Origin: Heterodontus francisci
Lineage: Eukaryota
Reading direction: 5' to 3'
Assembly: GCF_036365525.1 (NCBI RefSeq)
Contig: NC_090384.1
Coordinates: forward strand, 71,261,715 to 71,325,714
DNA length: 64,000 bases
The notes beneath the pieces are model-generated. The model made no database searches and had not been told where the DNA came from. It was given only the letters and a program-made list of their open reading frames with translations. A program made the translations under genes and the position numbers. Shown here one piece after another: positions 36,436 to 49,614 of this stretch. Within the stretch, counting starts at the first letter, position 1. The number at the start of each line of letters is the position of its first letter.

Positions 36436-38083
36436 ATTTTAAAGTAAGGAATATGCATCAAAAAGACTACTTTGCTCAGTTTTACAACTGATTGCTGCTT
36501 TCCTAACTGTTGTACTGGACATTGGAGCATATTGCAGTTTCATTACATTTTACATTAGAAGGAGTTCTAAGAAAAATGAGGCGAGATGGTGGGAAACACC
36601 CCATGAAAGGTGCAAAAATGGATCATTTTTATGAAATGAAGGGGACTAATTTCTTTAAAATTTACCACAGATGACTAATTTTTGAGAAAGTAGGCAGAGT
36701 TATTCTTCCATTCAGTTTGTTGCCTGCTTCTACCAAAACTCATTATACTATGATTAAGCCTCACTTTAATATTAACATTTGTAAAATATATTTCACACAA
36801 ATGTCTTACAAGCTTCTGATATGTTTATTTCTGGTGTATCGAGTTTTCAAAACGTCTGAACCCATTGCCATTAATCTCCATGAAAGTGGCTTGATTAGGT
36901 TGTGAAGGTTTTGAATGAGTGGTTATTAAAAAAAGAAATATTTTAATGAAAGACTAGTTTCTGTTACCAGTTATTCTCTGACATGGTAGCACTGGAGTTT
37001 GGAAATTGCCAAATATGTCGTATTGTACCAATTTCAAAACTGATCACTGCAGACCTCTGACATGAAATGTGTTCTTTGGTTAAGTATGTAAAATAATATG
37101 AAAAACATTGTAAAAATTTAAGCTGTGTTGTACTGGTTTTGTAGGCCAGGTGGTGCAACTGTATCATTTTGTAGCCTTTCTCTTTCAGTAAGCTGGTTGA
37201 AATCTAGGCTAGGATCTGTGCAGATGTGACGTATTACTGATGGCTGTTATTAATCTCAAGCAATATTTCTTTCAGTCTAATCCTCTGTCTACTTTCAAGA
37301 GATATAAATTCACAGTATGAAATTGATACATTGCAGATGATTCAAAAATACTGTGTGGCTGTAGGCAACAGATAGAGATCAAAATATTACTCCTGAGGAT
37401 GATATAAATAACTGAATGTGTGTTAATCTCATTACACAAAATGAGATTTTGTTTGTTTCATCATGAAAAGATCTAAGAGGTAATGAGTGAATCTTATGAT
37501 TTTGATCATTCTTACAGATTTGAGTCACTGTAACCTAAGGGAAAATATTTCACCACAGTCCGACAATTGCAGTTGTTATTAATTTTGTGACAATTTAAGA
37601 TTTATTTCCACAAATCTTTGGGTTTCTGTCTTTTGTTAAATACTCAAGTTAGCAGTAGCCCCTTTTGTGCAATTTATCAGTTATATTGTCTGCAGATACC
37701 ATTGATAAAAGACTATAGGCCATTAGCAAGCAGCAGAGATGCCTGTTCCGTTTGTGTAATGTAATTGGTTTGCAGTCAATTGTGTTTTCTTTTTCGAACC
37801 TAAGGAAATTATCTTAAGTTGAAGGGATAAACGAGCAAAGTGGGCAAATCTGATTGGAACTGTTTAGCTATGTGGAGGTAAATACAGACTGCTTGGGTTT
37901 GTTATCTTGTAACTTTTATATATTTCTATGTATTTATAAACATGCAAAAGTGAGCTTTGGCATATGAAAGCTGCAGTGAGAATCTTAAATGTACAAAATA
38001 AAGCTCTTGTACTAACTGGCAATTTTTTTCTATATTTTTTCTTCCTGAGCTAAATTATACATTTTTCATCATCAAAGATCTTA

Positions 38084-38242
38084 GGTGTAACTTTAACCTA
38101 ACTTGCCCGACAGGTAAAGAGGATGGAGTCGATTGTCCATCTTATACCCTGCCCGAATTTACTCTTCATTTAATGTAAAATGATCAGCTTACCCAACCTG
38201 TCAGATTCCTACCAGGTGGGTTAGGTTAACATTATGTGCCCT
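38084..38242. mobile_element. Small MITE in predicted RAG1 intron 1
   Basis: Imperfect TIRs gtaactttaacctaacttgcc / ggtgggttaggttaacattat. Confidence 0.55.
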
Positions 38243-38471
38243 TACACTGGATGTGATGGTCGTTTATTGATTTTACTGAATCAGAGTCCAATTTTAGGAC
38301 AGCTCTAACATTGTAAAATATAACTATCTGAATAATGAAAAATTAGAATGCAGGAGTTGTAAATTAGCATTGAATATGAAGCTGTCTTGCTCCTGAAGCT
38401 GTTGAACTGTAATCCTATTTTAATCAATAATTACTTTTTATATTTCTGTTAGGTACCGATGTTTAATTGAA

Positions 38472-41400
38472 ATGGAGATGCCTCTGCAAATGATACCTGA
38501 AGATTTCAGACATTTAGAAACCATGTCTTTCATAAATGAACAGAAGGAAACCACGGTTTCAATGGAAAAGCTTTGTGATACAGAGACTGTTGTGCCAGTT
38601 CATGGCTTTTTGTGGCAATCCTCATCTTCTCAAAGCAAACCAGTGGGAACTATGCCATTGGAAACATTGCCTTTGGACAAGAAAACTTTGGAAGATAAGT
38701 CTCTGGAACAGATGCCTTTAGATGTTAACCCATCAAAAAACAAGTTCTGCGACTTTAGACAAACGGAAGCAAAATCTTTGGAAGAACATATATTCCGATT
38801 ACGAAAGCTCTGTCGCATTTGTGGAGCTTCCTTTAATACCAACAGTTATGACATGAAATACCCGGTTAGTGGTCCTGTTGATGATGTCACACAAGAGGTT
38901 CTCAGGAAAATGGGATACGGAGACTGTTTTTGGCCAGAACTCATTCGTAACACATTTAGGTTAGATGTCAAGACAGATACAGAAGCCAGATATCCCACCC
39001 ATTTCTGCTACAACTGCTGGCGGATTATCATACAGACAATTAACAACACAACTAATGAAGATGCATTCTTCCCTATCAGCACAATTGTTGAGTGGAAGCC
39101 ACATTCCAATCTTTGTAGCATTTGCAACTTTTCAAGTGGGACTCGCAAACGAAAAGGTCTCAAACGAAGTCCACCAGTCACAAAGAAGCCCAAAGTAACA
39201 GTTGATGCTCCAATCAGACCGAGAGTCATCAAAAGAAAAGATCAACAAAATAGTATTTTATTGGCTAAAAAGATTGTCAACTGCAAGAAGATCCACCTAA
39301 ATTCAAAACTCCTTGTACTTGATTATCCAAATAACTTTATCCAGTCAGTGTCATGTCAGGTTTGTGAGCATTTACTTGCTGACCCTGTGCAATCACCATG
39401 CAAGCACCTTTTCTGCAGAACATGTATTCTCAAATGTACTGCAGTTCTGGGCAAGTATTGTCCAGTTTGTAGGTTTCCTTGTGGTCCTGCAGAGTTCATA
39501 AGCCCAGTTAAGTCATTCATAAATGTTCTCAATTCACTAGTTCTAAAATGTCCAGTGACAGACTGTGAAAAGGAGGTGAAACTAAGTGAGTTTTCTAACC
39601 ATGCCCAAAATCACAAAGAAACAAGAATGAAATATGCTTACTCACCAGTAAACAAGGGTGGCCGTCCACGGCAGCATTTGCTCTCTTTAACCCGAAGAGC
39701 TCAAAAACATCGTCTGCGAGATCTCAAACTTCAGGTAAAGGCTTTTGCAGACAAAGAAGAAGGTGGTGATGTGAAGTCTGTATGCCTTACCCTGTTTTTG
39801 CTAGCACTGAGAGCTGAAAATGAACACAGGCAAGCAGATGAGTTGGAAGCTGTAATGCAGGGTCGAGGATCAGAATTGAAGCCAGCAGTCTGTCTTGCCA
39901 TTAGAATTAATACATTTCTGAGTTGCAGTCAGTATCATAAAATGTATAGGACAGTCAAAGCAACTACTGGGAAGCAGATCTTCCAGCCGTTGCATGCACT
40001 CCGAAATGCAGAAAAAACATTGCTGCCAGGTTATTGTTCATTTGAATGGCAGCCTCCTCTAGCAAATGTTTCCACAAACACTGAAGTGGGAATAATAGAT
40101 GGGCTGAGTGGTTGGGCACAATGTATTGATGATTACCCAGTGGAAACAATTTCAAGACGATTCAGGTATGATGTGGCACTTGCTTCAACTGTGAAGGAGC
40201 TTGAGGACGATATTTTGGAAGGCTTAAAATGTCAAAAAATTGATGAGTTTGTGAGTGGACCATTTACTGTTGTAATCAAGGAATCTTGTGATGGAATGGG
40301 GGATGTCAGTGAAAAACATGGATGTGGTCCAGCAGTTCCAGAAAAGGCAGTGAGGTATTCCTTTACAATCATGAGTATAAGTGTGATGAATGAAAACAAT
40401 GAAAAAGTGAAAGTGTTTGAAGAGTTAAAACCAAATTCTGAGTTGTGCTGCAGACCACTTTGCCTGATGTTAGCAGATGAATCTGACCATGAAACGTTGA
40501 CAGCAATACTGGGCCCAGTAATCGCTGAAAGAGAAGCCATGAAGACTAGCGATTTAATCCTTGAAATTGGAAATTTGCACAGATCTTTCCAATTTATCTT
40601 TAGAGGCACAGGGTATGATGAGAAACTTGTACGTGAAGTTGAAGGCCTTGAAGCCTCGGGCTCTATTTATGTATGCACATTATGTGATGCCACTCGAAGT
40701 GAGGCTTCACGGAATTTGGTCCTTCATTCCATAACTAGGAGCCATGGAGAGAACTTAGAACGCTATGAAATTTGGCGTTCAAATCCATATCATGAGACAG
40801 CTGAAGAGTTACGTGATAGAGTGAAGGGGGTTTCAGCAAAACCATTTATTGAAACTCAGCCCTCTATAGATGCCTTGCATTGCGATATTGGAAATGCAAC
40901 AGAATTCTACAGACTTTTCCAGGATGAGATTGGGGAGATGCACAAGAATCCTCATTCATCTAAGGAGGAAAGAAAAAGGTGGCAAGCAATGCTCGATAAT
41001 CACTTAAGAAAAAAGATGAATCTGAAACCTGTCATGAGGTTGAATGGAAACTTTGCAAGAAAACTGATGACCAAAGAGACTGTAGAAGCTGTGTGTGAAT
41101 TGATTCCATCTGAAGAAAGGCGAGAAATTCTCAGAGAGCTAATGCACCTTTATCTTCTTATGAAACCAGTGTGGCGTACCACATTTCCAGTTAGAGAATG
41201 CCCAGATCTTCTTTGTCAGTACAGCTTTAATTCCCAGAGATTTGCAGAGCTGCTTCATACAAAGTTCAAGCACAGATATGAAGGGAAGATCACCAACTAC
41301 CTACATAAGACTTTGGCTCACGTTCCTGAGATCATTGAAAGAGATGGCTCTATAGGCGCATGGGCAAGCGAAGGGAATGAATCAGGCAACAAACTATTTC

Positions 41401-41606
41401 GGCGTTTCAGGAAAATGAATGCAAGGCAGTCCAAATGTTATGAATTGGAAGATATTTTGAAACATCACTGGCTGTACACTTCAAAATATTTACAGAGGTT
41501 CATGGATGCACACAATGCATTGAAATATGCAAAGTGTGCTTCTGTACAACCTGAAGTAATCAGCCAAGATAATACAATACCTGAAGATGATTCCATTGAT
41601 AGTTAG
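38472..41606 (+). CDS. RAG1: V(D)J recombination-activating protein 1, intronless CDS, 1044 aa
   Basis: Uninterrupted ORF with CRICG...FCYNC N-terminal Zn region, C3HC4 RING ([24 protein letters not shown]...CPVC), C2H2 finger, nonamer-binding [11 protein letters not shown], and catalytic motifs [16 protein letters not shown] and [11 protein letters not shown]. Confidence 0.99.
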   Translation: MEMPLQMIPEDFRHLETMSFINEQKETTVSMEKLCDTETVVPVHGFLWQSSSSQSKPVGTMPLETLPLDKKTLEDKSLEQMPLDVNPSKNKFCDFRQTEAKSLEEHIFRLRKLCRICGASFNTNSYDMKYPVSGPVDDVTQEVLRKMGYGDCFWPELIRNTFRLDVKTDTEARYPTHFCYNCWRIIIQTINNTTNEDAFFPISTIVEWKPHSNLCSICNFSSGTRKRKGLKRSPPVTKKPKVTVDAPIRPRVIKRKDQQNSILLAKKIVNCKKIHLNSKLLVLDYPNNFIQSVSCQVCEHLLADPVQSPCKHLFCRTCILKCTAVLGKYCPVCRFPCGPAEFISPVKSFINVLNSLVLKCPVTDCEKEVKLSEFSNHAQNHKETRMKYAYSPVNKGGRPRQHLLSLTRRAQKHRLRDLKLQVKAFADKEEGGDVKSVCLTLFLLALRAENEHRQADELEAVMQGRGSELKPAVCLAIRINTFLSCSQYHKMYRTVKATTGKQIFQPLHALRNAEKTLLPGYCSFEWQPPLANVSTNTEVGIIDGLSGWAQCIDDYPVETISRRFRYDVALASTVKELEDDILEGLKCQKIDEFVSGPFTVVIKESCDGMGDVSEKHGCGPAVPEKAVRYSFTIMSISVMNENNEKVKVFEELKPNSELCCRPLCLMLADESDHETLTAILGPVIAEREAMKTSDLILEIGNLHRSFQFIFRGTGYDEKLVREVEGLEASGSIYVCTLCDATRSEASRNLVLHSITRSHGENLERYEIWRSNPYHETAEELRDRVKGVSAKPFIETQPSIDALHCDIGNATEFYRLFQDEIGEMHKNPHSSKEERKRWQAMLDNHLRKKMNLKPVMRLNGNFARKLMTKETVEAVCELIPSEERREILRELMHLYLLMKPVWRTTFPVRECPDLLCQYSFNSQRFAELLHTKFKHRYEGKITNYLHKTLAHVPEIIERDGSIGAWASEGNESGNKLFRRFRKMNARQSKCYELEDILKHHWLYTSKYLQRFMDAHNALKYAKCASVQPEVISQDNTIPEDDSIDS

Positions 41607-44600
41607 GCTGAATTATTGGAGTTGAAATTGGTTCCAAGTATCTTTAACCACAGAAGACTATGAACAGTCTATAGGATGTGGGCAGTTGGACTTACCATCG
41701 CCAAGCTTGGTAAGCAAAGTTGGCATTGATGACAAAGTCCCAACAGTATTATCAAAAGACTGTGGTCAGTGTAGTGTTGGACAGGCTCATTGACAAATAT
41801 ATGTGTCAACTGCAGCCAGAATAAAAAGTGTTCACACGTGAGTGAACCTTTCTATAATATTTGGACCAGGTTAGATGTTCACAGAAAGCAGCAATGTTGG
41901 TTAGATTCTTTGCTTAGATGTGAAAGAAAAGTGAGCAAGAAAATAACATGTTAAATAATGCGGCATTTTATCAGATAAAGGAGTGGATAATATTTTCTGA
42001 ATGCAGAATCCAAACTTATTAAAATCAACAATGGCAGGTTTATTGTTGGAAGGGAAATGGTGATAATGGTAGTGCTTTGCTGTGTTTTTCTGTATTTTTA
42101 TCCAGCCATTTATTGATTTGTTTTGGCAAATAATGTATAAGTGTCTAAGATTAAACTTATTGTGATTATTTTTACAATTAGATTGGAAGATAAATGGGAA
42201 CAAGTGATTACTGTGCTATTTCACAAAAATATTTTTTTAAAAGAGATTTGCAATAAGTTACTGTGCTCCTATGTCATCAACTAATCTGATTTGATTTGTT
42301 TTGAATTACTAGTGGATCGCCTGTGTATAAGGGCAGGAGCATAATACTATGTAAGGCATGTAATGCATCATATTCTGCTGGAAAAGGGCAGCTATGTATA
42401 ACTTAATGAATTCTGTTAAGGCAATTAAGTGTAGTTGCTATGCCTTCCTTAGTCAATTAGAGGTTAATTGGTCTTAGACGGATCTTCAGGTCAATTACAG
42501 GTCAGACTGACTTTGTATTTTTATATTTTTTTAAGGTTTACTTCCTAAAATTAATTAGATATTTTCTGTTGGCGGGGAAGTTTCTCTGTACATTGGGAAT
42601 TGTTAATTTTTATTTTATATGCTCTTTCTCTCATTTAATTTTTTTTAAAGTGCAATGCAGAATTGGGATATGTAACTTTTGTCACATCTAAAATATAACC
42701 AACACACCTTCAAATTTTTATCTATATACAGTACAAGCAGATCTCCCACGGAGTAACCCATGGTTACATATTCTGCTTTATTACAATAGAAGCATTATCA
42801 ACAAGGTGTGATGGGAAAAGTGCCACAAGAAGCAAGTGTGACTCTTATGGGAAGTATGCACTATGTACAAGACATTTAAGAGTAGAAAATGGTACACGTT
42901 GCACCAGTTATTTGCCATAAAACTGGCATAAAGTATACAATTTGCACAGGCACTGGTCCCACTGTTAGATTTGTGAGCCCATTTTTTTCAGGAATCCTAC
43001 TTGATTATGTGAGTTAGGGATCTAATGCCTGCTAAAGGACACCTTTGAAAAACTAATGATTGATCGCTGCCTTATTTAAGATTTTTCAGCGGCCATTGCA
43101 TCTGCCAACCAAAGGTATGCATTTAAAATTTTGTTTTTCAAAAGGACATCCTGTGGATCCAGCTGAAGCAGGAGTACTCCTCCAACTCCACAGGGGACCA
43201 CTTTAGCTTGCACCAACCTTCCTCTTGGGACTTACCTGAGGGCCACTGTTGCCAGTGTAGACGGCTTGAAATTGATCCCTTGTGTCATGCGAGCTGCCTT
43301 TGGAGGCAGGAGCAGCACCGACAGCTCACCACAATTATTCAGATGAGGCCTGAGGACTAATTTCTTTCAGTCCTTGGGTCACTTGCTTAGGGAATGCGCT
43401 GAGCCATCCTTTGTTCATAAATATATTAAAATTATTGCTTTTATCATTTACTTCCTATAAGCATCACGCTTCATTCTAGTCACAGTTTAGCTGTCCATTT
43501 CAGACGTCACACTTTGGATGTCAAACTTTAACGTATGAGCAACCTTATAGGGGGTGTGCTAGTATGATTGGTATATATATATAGATGCTGGTGGAACCTA
43601 TGCATTTAATGTTATAATTTTGTCATATTTTATGTGCCTATTGCATTGTGACATTAGCTTGGCCATTATGGGGCCACAGTATTTTTTTTTAAATGCTCGC
43701 TTCTGCTTATTGAAGGGTGAGAAGTACTTTTATTAGTCGCCTTCTACAGAAAAACAATAAAGGCTTGACAACGTAAAGCACTTGCTTCATGGAAGAAAGA
43801 GCAAAGAAGTTTTAAAACTTTGGCAAGCTAGGATTTATTTTCCAACTTTAAAATATAAAGGAATAAAATAAATCAAAAGCTGCAGTGCCACTGGAATGAC
43901 ATTATTCCAAGATCTGATTTTGGCTCAGAACACTGGGAAAACACACCACAAATGCATAATTTTCTTTTCTCATGCCAGTACTCAATTTTGTACTTGGTTT
44001 TCTTCTGTCCAAAGCTAAATGTTAAAATACTAGGCCCCAATGAACGGACACCACATTACCGAGCCTATTTTTAATCACATGCTGCAAAGTGAAATTAGCA
44101 TGTAGCTTACTGTTTCGCAAGAAGCTGTTGCAGTGCTGCTGCCATTGTTTGTTCACCAGTAGTAGAGTAATAACAGTGGGATTGAACATCTAAAAGCAAT
44201 GTGAATGCAAGCTAAAGTTGCTGTGTCTATTGACAGGCGAAAGAAGGTTTGATTAATGATGTGCCAAATTTATATTAATGCATATTAGCAAAGCAGATTT
44301 TAACTGAGCTTAACTCAAGTGCAAGATATTATCTAGTTTAGGACAGGAAAAATGTTCTTATAATAGATTGCAGAATAGTTTGCATTTTATAATACATTTA
44401 ATCCTTAATTTTGTTAAAGTAATAGATTCTCATGCGTTGAAATTTTTTTTATTAGTCATATATATAATCAGGTTTGCAGAATTGTTTATTTTCAATGTTA
44501 TAATGCCTATAAAGTTTCACAGGGATTGGATGCTTATCATATTGTATTATTGAATTTTACTGTAATCTATTGCATGTTCAGGATTTTTTTCTGCATTTGA

Positions 44601-44794
44601 AGCAAATTTTGATATTAAAAAACTTTGTGTTTTCATTGAGCCAGGCCTAAACAAGTTTGCAGTATTGCTTGTTGTCATCTGTATTTAATCACTATGCACT
44701 CTATTAAAGGTAACAAGATGGTAAGCAGTCAAATACATGAGTATATACTGTGATACTTCTACTTATTGCAATTGTCAACCTTTGTTTTTTTTCA

Positions 44795-44800
44795 AATAAA
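44795..44800 (+). terminator. Likely RAG1 polyadenylation signal (3' UTR about 3.2 kb)
   Basis: AATAAA preceded by a U-tract and followed by a GU-rich element (tttgttgtgtg); ends a mostly unique AT-rich stretch, after which repeat density rises again. Confidence 0.5.
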
Positions 44801-46019
44801 GATTTACAGCTTTTAAACATTTTGTTGTGTGCAATTTGTAATTTATGTTTTCTAGTTGTGTACATTCAGCTTTATTAGAATTTACCTGTCGACTAAATCG
44901 TCTGGTAGTGGTCAACATTTGATTCTTCTGGCTGAGAAATTAGACTTCTGCCTAAAACGAGTCTGAAGTCTGTGGACAACTGCTTTGCACGATGGTTAGT
45001 CCAGCATGTGGCCCAAACCAAATTCAGGTTTGGGCCTCATTTAGATGCCACTGGCGAGTTGCAAGTGCCACATAGGTACCCTGTTGCAGCTCGCTGGATC
45101 TGGGAGGGAAGGAAACCATCCAGATCTTATGTCCAGGGCTTTGGAAAGGAGATGATGGTGAGGGAGGGGGCTGAAGGAATCTTGAACAGACCAGTGTTCT
45201 TCTGTAGATCCAAGAGAAGCATGGCACATGCTCCACCCATTTGTCACAGAATTTTGCATTTGGGGTCCTAGTCCCAGCAAAGCACCCTTATTTGTATATT
45301 TAAGTAGCCTTACAACTGTTTCAAGTGTGTGGACTGATCACTCATTTAAAGGCCCACTTAAAGATTGCATCAGGTGGGATTTGGATATCTGAGAGGCGGC
45401 CAAGGCTCCCCCTCCCCATCACCGATTAACTGATGGTTACACATTTTGCACCACAAAATGGGCGGCCATGGGTTGAATTTCTCGCCCCATATATTAGCAT
45501 TATTAGTCAGCTCATCTGTCAGTTACCTGGTTAACTGGTAACCAATTCACAATAGGTTCGGAATGTTCATGTGAAAATAATTAAACACCAGCGATATGAT
45601 CAGAGTTTCAAAACCGGGCGATACAATGCATTAGTATCTCAATACAAAATAGTTCTTTTCCTCCATCAATTTTCTTTCCTCTCAAAAAGGTATCGGTACA
45701 GATTTTGCTAAAAAAAATGGTGTGTGAACAGCAAACACCATTATTAATGTCAAACCAGCCAACAACTTGTAGCAAGGAAGAAATATCTTGTGAATTGGGA
45801 ATCATCACATGTTGCTGGACTATTCGTGTCACTTTGTGAAAACAGCATCTTGCACTTAACTACCCTGTGATTTTCCTGAAGATGCTGCATTTGCACAATA
45901 GTTATTCACTAAACACGCCACAGATAGTTAAGTTTAGTAATTAACAGTACAAGAATATGAGAACATAAGAAATAGGAGAAGCTGAAGGTCATATGGCCCC
46001 TCAAGTTTGCTATGGAATT

Positions 46020-47070
46020 CAATACGGATAAATGGGGCATTTTCGGGTTGGCAAGCTGTAACTGGTGGAGTGCCACAGGGATCAGTGCTGGGGCCTCAAC
46101 TATTTATAATCTATATCAATGATTGGATGAAGGGACCAAATGTATGGTTGCTAAATTTGCTGATGGCACAAAGATTGGTCAGAGAGTAAGCTGTGAAGAG
46201 GACATAAAGAGCCTACTAATATAGATAGGTTAAATGAAAGGGCAAAAATATGGCAGATGGAGTATAATGTGGGAAAATGTGATTTGTCTACTTTGGCAGG
46301 AAAAATAGAAAAGCAGAATATGATTTAAACAGGTAGAGATTGCAGGACTCTGCAGTGCAGCGGGATCTGGGTGTCCTAGTACATGGTTCACAAAATGTTA
46401 GTATGCAGGTACAGCAAGTGATTAGGAAGGCAAATGGAATGTTGTCGTTTATTGCAACGGGAATGGAATATAAAAGTAGGGAAGTTTGCTACAGTTGTAC
46501 AGGGTGTTGGTGAGACCACATCTGGAGTACTGTGTACAGTTTTGGTCTCCTTAAGAAAGGATATAATTGCACTAGAAGCAGTTCAGAGAAGGTTCAAGTG
46601 ACCTATTCCTGGGATGAAGGGGTTATCTTGTGAGGAAAGGTTGGACAGTTTTGGCCTGTATCCATTGGAATTTAGAAGAATGAAAGGTGATCTTATTGAA
46701 ACATATGAGCCTGAGGGGTCTAGACAGGGTGGATGCTGAAAGGATGTTTCCCCTTATGGGAGAGACTGGAACTAGGGGACACAGTTTAAAAATTAGAGGT
46801 CTCCCATTTAAGACAGAGTTGAGGAGAATTTTTTTCTCACAGATGGTTGTTAGTCTGTGGAATTCTCTTCTCCAGAGAGCAGTGGAGGCAGAGTCATTGA
46901 ATATTTTTAAGGCTGAGTGAGATAGATTCTTGATTGACAAGGGAGTCAAAGGTTATGGCAGGTAGACGGGAAAGTAGAGTTGAGGCCACAATCAGATCAG
47001 CCATGATCTTATCAAATGCTGGAGTAGGTTTGAAGGGCTGAGTGGTCTACTCCTGTTCCTAATCCATATG
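46020..47070 (+). mobile_element. CR1/HER1 LINE 3' fragment
   Basis: GVPQGSVLGPQLFIIYIND and downstream RT C-terminal motifs, decayed. Confidence 0.9.
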
Positions 47071-47219
47071 TAATAAGATCACGGCTGAACTTCTACATCG
47101 ATTGTACTTTCCTGCCCTATCCCCATATCCCTTGATTCCCTTTGTGGCAAAAATCTATCGATCTCAGTCTTGAATATACTCATCAAGTCAAGCATCCACA
47201 GCCCTTTGGCTAGTGAATT

Positions 47220-49205
47220 CAGAGAATCACAGAATTGTTACAGTGCAGAAGGAGACCATTCGTCTCACCATATCTGCCGGCTCTCCGAAACAACAACTCA
47301 CTTAGTGCCATTCTGCCACCTTTTCTTTGTAACCCTGCACATTCATCCTTTTCATATAATAGTCTAATTCCCTTTTGAATGCTTCAACTGAACCTGCCTC
47401 CACCACACTCTCAGGCAGTGCATTCTAGATCCTAACCACTCGCTGCGTGAAAAAGTTTTTCCTCATGCCGTTTTTGCTTTTCTTACCTTTAATTTATTTC
47501 TGTCCCCTCTTGTTCTCGATCCTTTCACAAGTGGGTGCAGTTTCTCCCTAGCTACTCTATCTAGACCCCTCATGATTTTGAATCCCTCTATCAAATCACC
47601 ACTCAGCCTTCTCTTCTCCAAGCAAAACAGTGCTAACTTCTCCAATCTATCTTCATAACTGAAGTTCCTCATCCCTGGAACCATTTTCATGAATCTTTTC
47701 TGTACTTTGTCCAATGCCCTCACATCTTTCCTAAACTGCGGCACCCAGAACTGGACGCAATACTCGAGCTGAGGCCGAACTAGTGTCTTATATATGTTCA
47801 ACATAACCTCCTTGCTCTTGTATTCTATGCCCCTATTAATAAAGCCCAGGATACTGCATGCTTCATTAACCGCTTTGTCAACCTGTCCTGCCACCTTCAA
47901 TGAATTATGCACATATATACCCAGGTCCTTCTGCTCCTGCACCCCCTTTAGAATTATACCCTTTATTCTATATTATCTCTCCATGTTCTTCCTACCAAAA
48001 TGAATCACTTCACATTCCTCAGCATTGAACTTCATCTGCCACCTATGCACCCATTCCAACAACTTGTCTATGTCCTTTTGGAGTTCTACACTATCCTCCT
48101 CACAGTTCTCAATGCTTCCAAGTTTTGTATAATCTGCAAATTTTGAAATTGTGCCCTGTACACCAAGGTCTAGGTCATTAATATATATCAGGAAAAGCAA
48201 GGGTCCCAACACTGATCCCTGGGGAACTCCACTACAAACCTTCCTCCAGCCTGAAAAACATCCATTAACCACTACATTTTGTTTCCTGTCACTCAGCCAA
48301 TTCCATATCCATGTTGCTACCGTCCCTTTTATTCCATGAGCTGTAACTTTTCTCACACGTCTGTTGTGTGGCACAGTATTAAACACCTTTTGAAAGTCCA
48401 TGTATACCACATCAACTGCATTGCCCTCATCAACCCTCTCTGTTACCTCCTCAAAAAACTCTAAAAAGTTGGTCAAACATGATTTTCCCTTAAAAACTCC
48501 ATGCTGGTTTTCTGTAATTAACTCACATTTGTCCATGTGACTATTAATTTTGTCCCAAATTACTCTTTCTAGAAGTTGCCCCAGCACCGAAGTTAAACTG
48601 ACTGGCCTGTAGTTGCTGGGCTTATCTTTACACCCTTTTTTGAACAAGGTTGTAACGTTTGCAATTTGCCAGTCCTCTGGCACTACCCCCGAGTCAAAAG
48701 AAGACTGAAAAATTACGGCCACTGCCTCCGCAATTTCCACCGTCACTTCGCTCAGTATCTTTGGATGCATCTCATCTGGTCCTGGTGCCTTATCCACTTT
48801 AAGTACAGACAGCCTATCTAATATGTCCTCCTTATCAATTTTAAACGCCTCTAGTGTCTGAATTATCTTCTCTTTCACCATTTCGGGGGTCGCATCTTCT
48901 TCCTTGGTAAAGACAGATGTAAAGTATTCATTTAATACTTCAGCTATGCCCTCTGCCTCCATCTGTAAATTCCCTTTATGGTCCCTAATCGGCCCAACTA
49001 CTCCTTTAACCATCCGTTTACTATTTATATGTCTATAGAAACTTTGGGATTCCCTTTAATGTTAGCTGCCAGTCTCTTTTCATGCTCCCTCTTTGCTTCT
49101 CTTATCTGCTTTTTCACTTCCCCTCTGGACCTTCTATATTCAGCCTAGTTCTCAATAGTATTTTCTACCTGGTATCTGTCATAAGCACACTTTTTCTTCT
49201 TTATC
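47220..49205 (-). mobile_element. CR1/HER1 LINE RT region
   Basis: ORFs 47973-49013 and 47463-47942 with NYRPVSLTS, VYMDFQKVFNTVPH, GVPQGSVLGP and KFADYTK. Confidence 0.95.
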
Positions 49206-49614
49206 TTAATCCTAATCTTAGGGCCCAGGTAACTGAAGAAATGGCCACCAATGGTGGAGTGTGATTAAAATTGGGAATGTTCAAGGGGCCAGAATTAGAG
49301 AGATAGGGCGGGGCGAGGCCATGTGGGGATTTGGAATCAAGGATGAGAATTTTAAATAAAAACAAAGTGCTGGAAATACTCAGCAGGTCTGTCAGCATCT
49401 GTGGCGAGAGAAACAGAGTGAACATTTTGAGTCGGATATAACTGCTTCAGAACCTCAATTTTAAAATCAGGACTTTGCTTAACTGGGAGCCAATGTAGGT
49501 CAATGGGACTTAGTGCAAGTTAAGATACAGGCAGCAGAGTTTAGGCACCGGAAACATCAAAGTTATACCCTGCCCAGTGGATCCTGTAAGTCCTCCTTAC
49601 TAACGTCTGGGGAA

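Noticed and set aside
38536-40609. Overlapping and antisense ORFs within RAG1
   Set aside because: Short shadow ORFs expected within a long CDS; no recognisable motifs.
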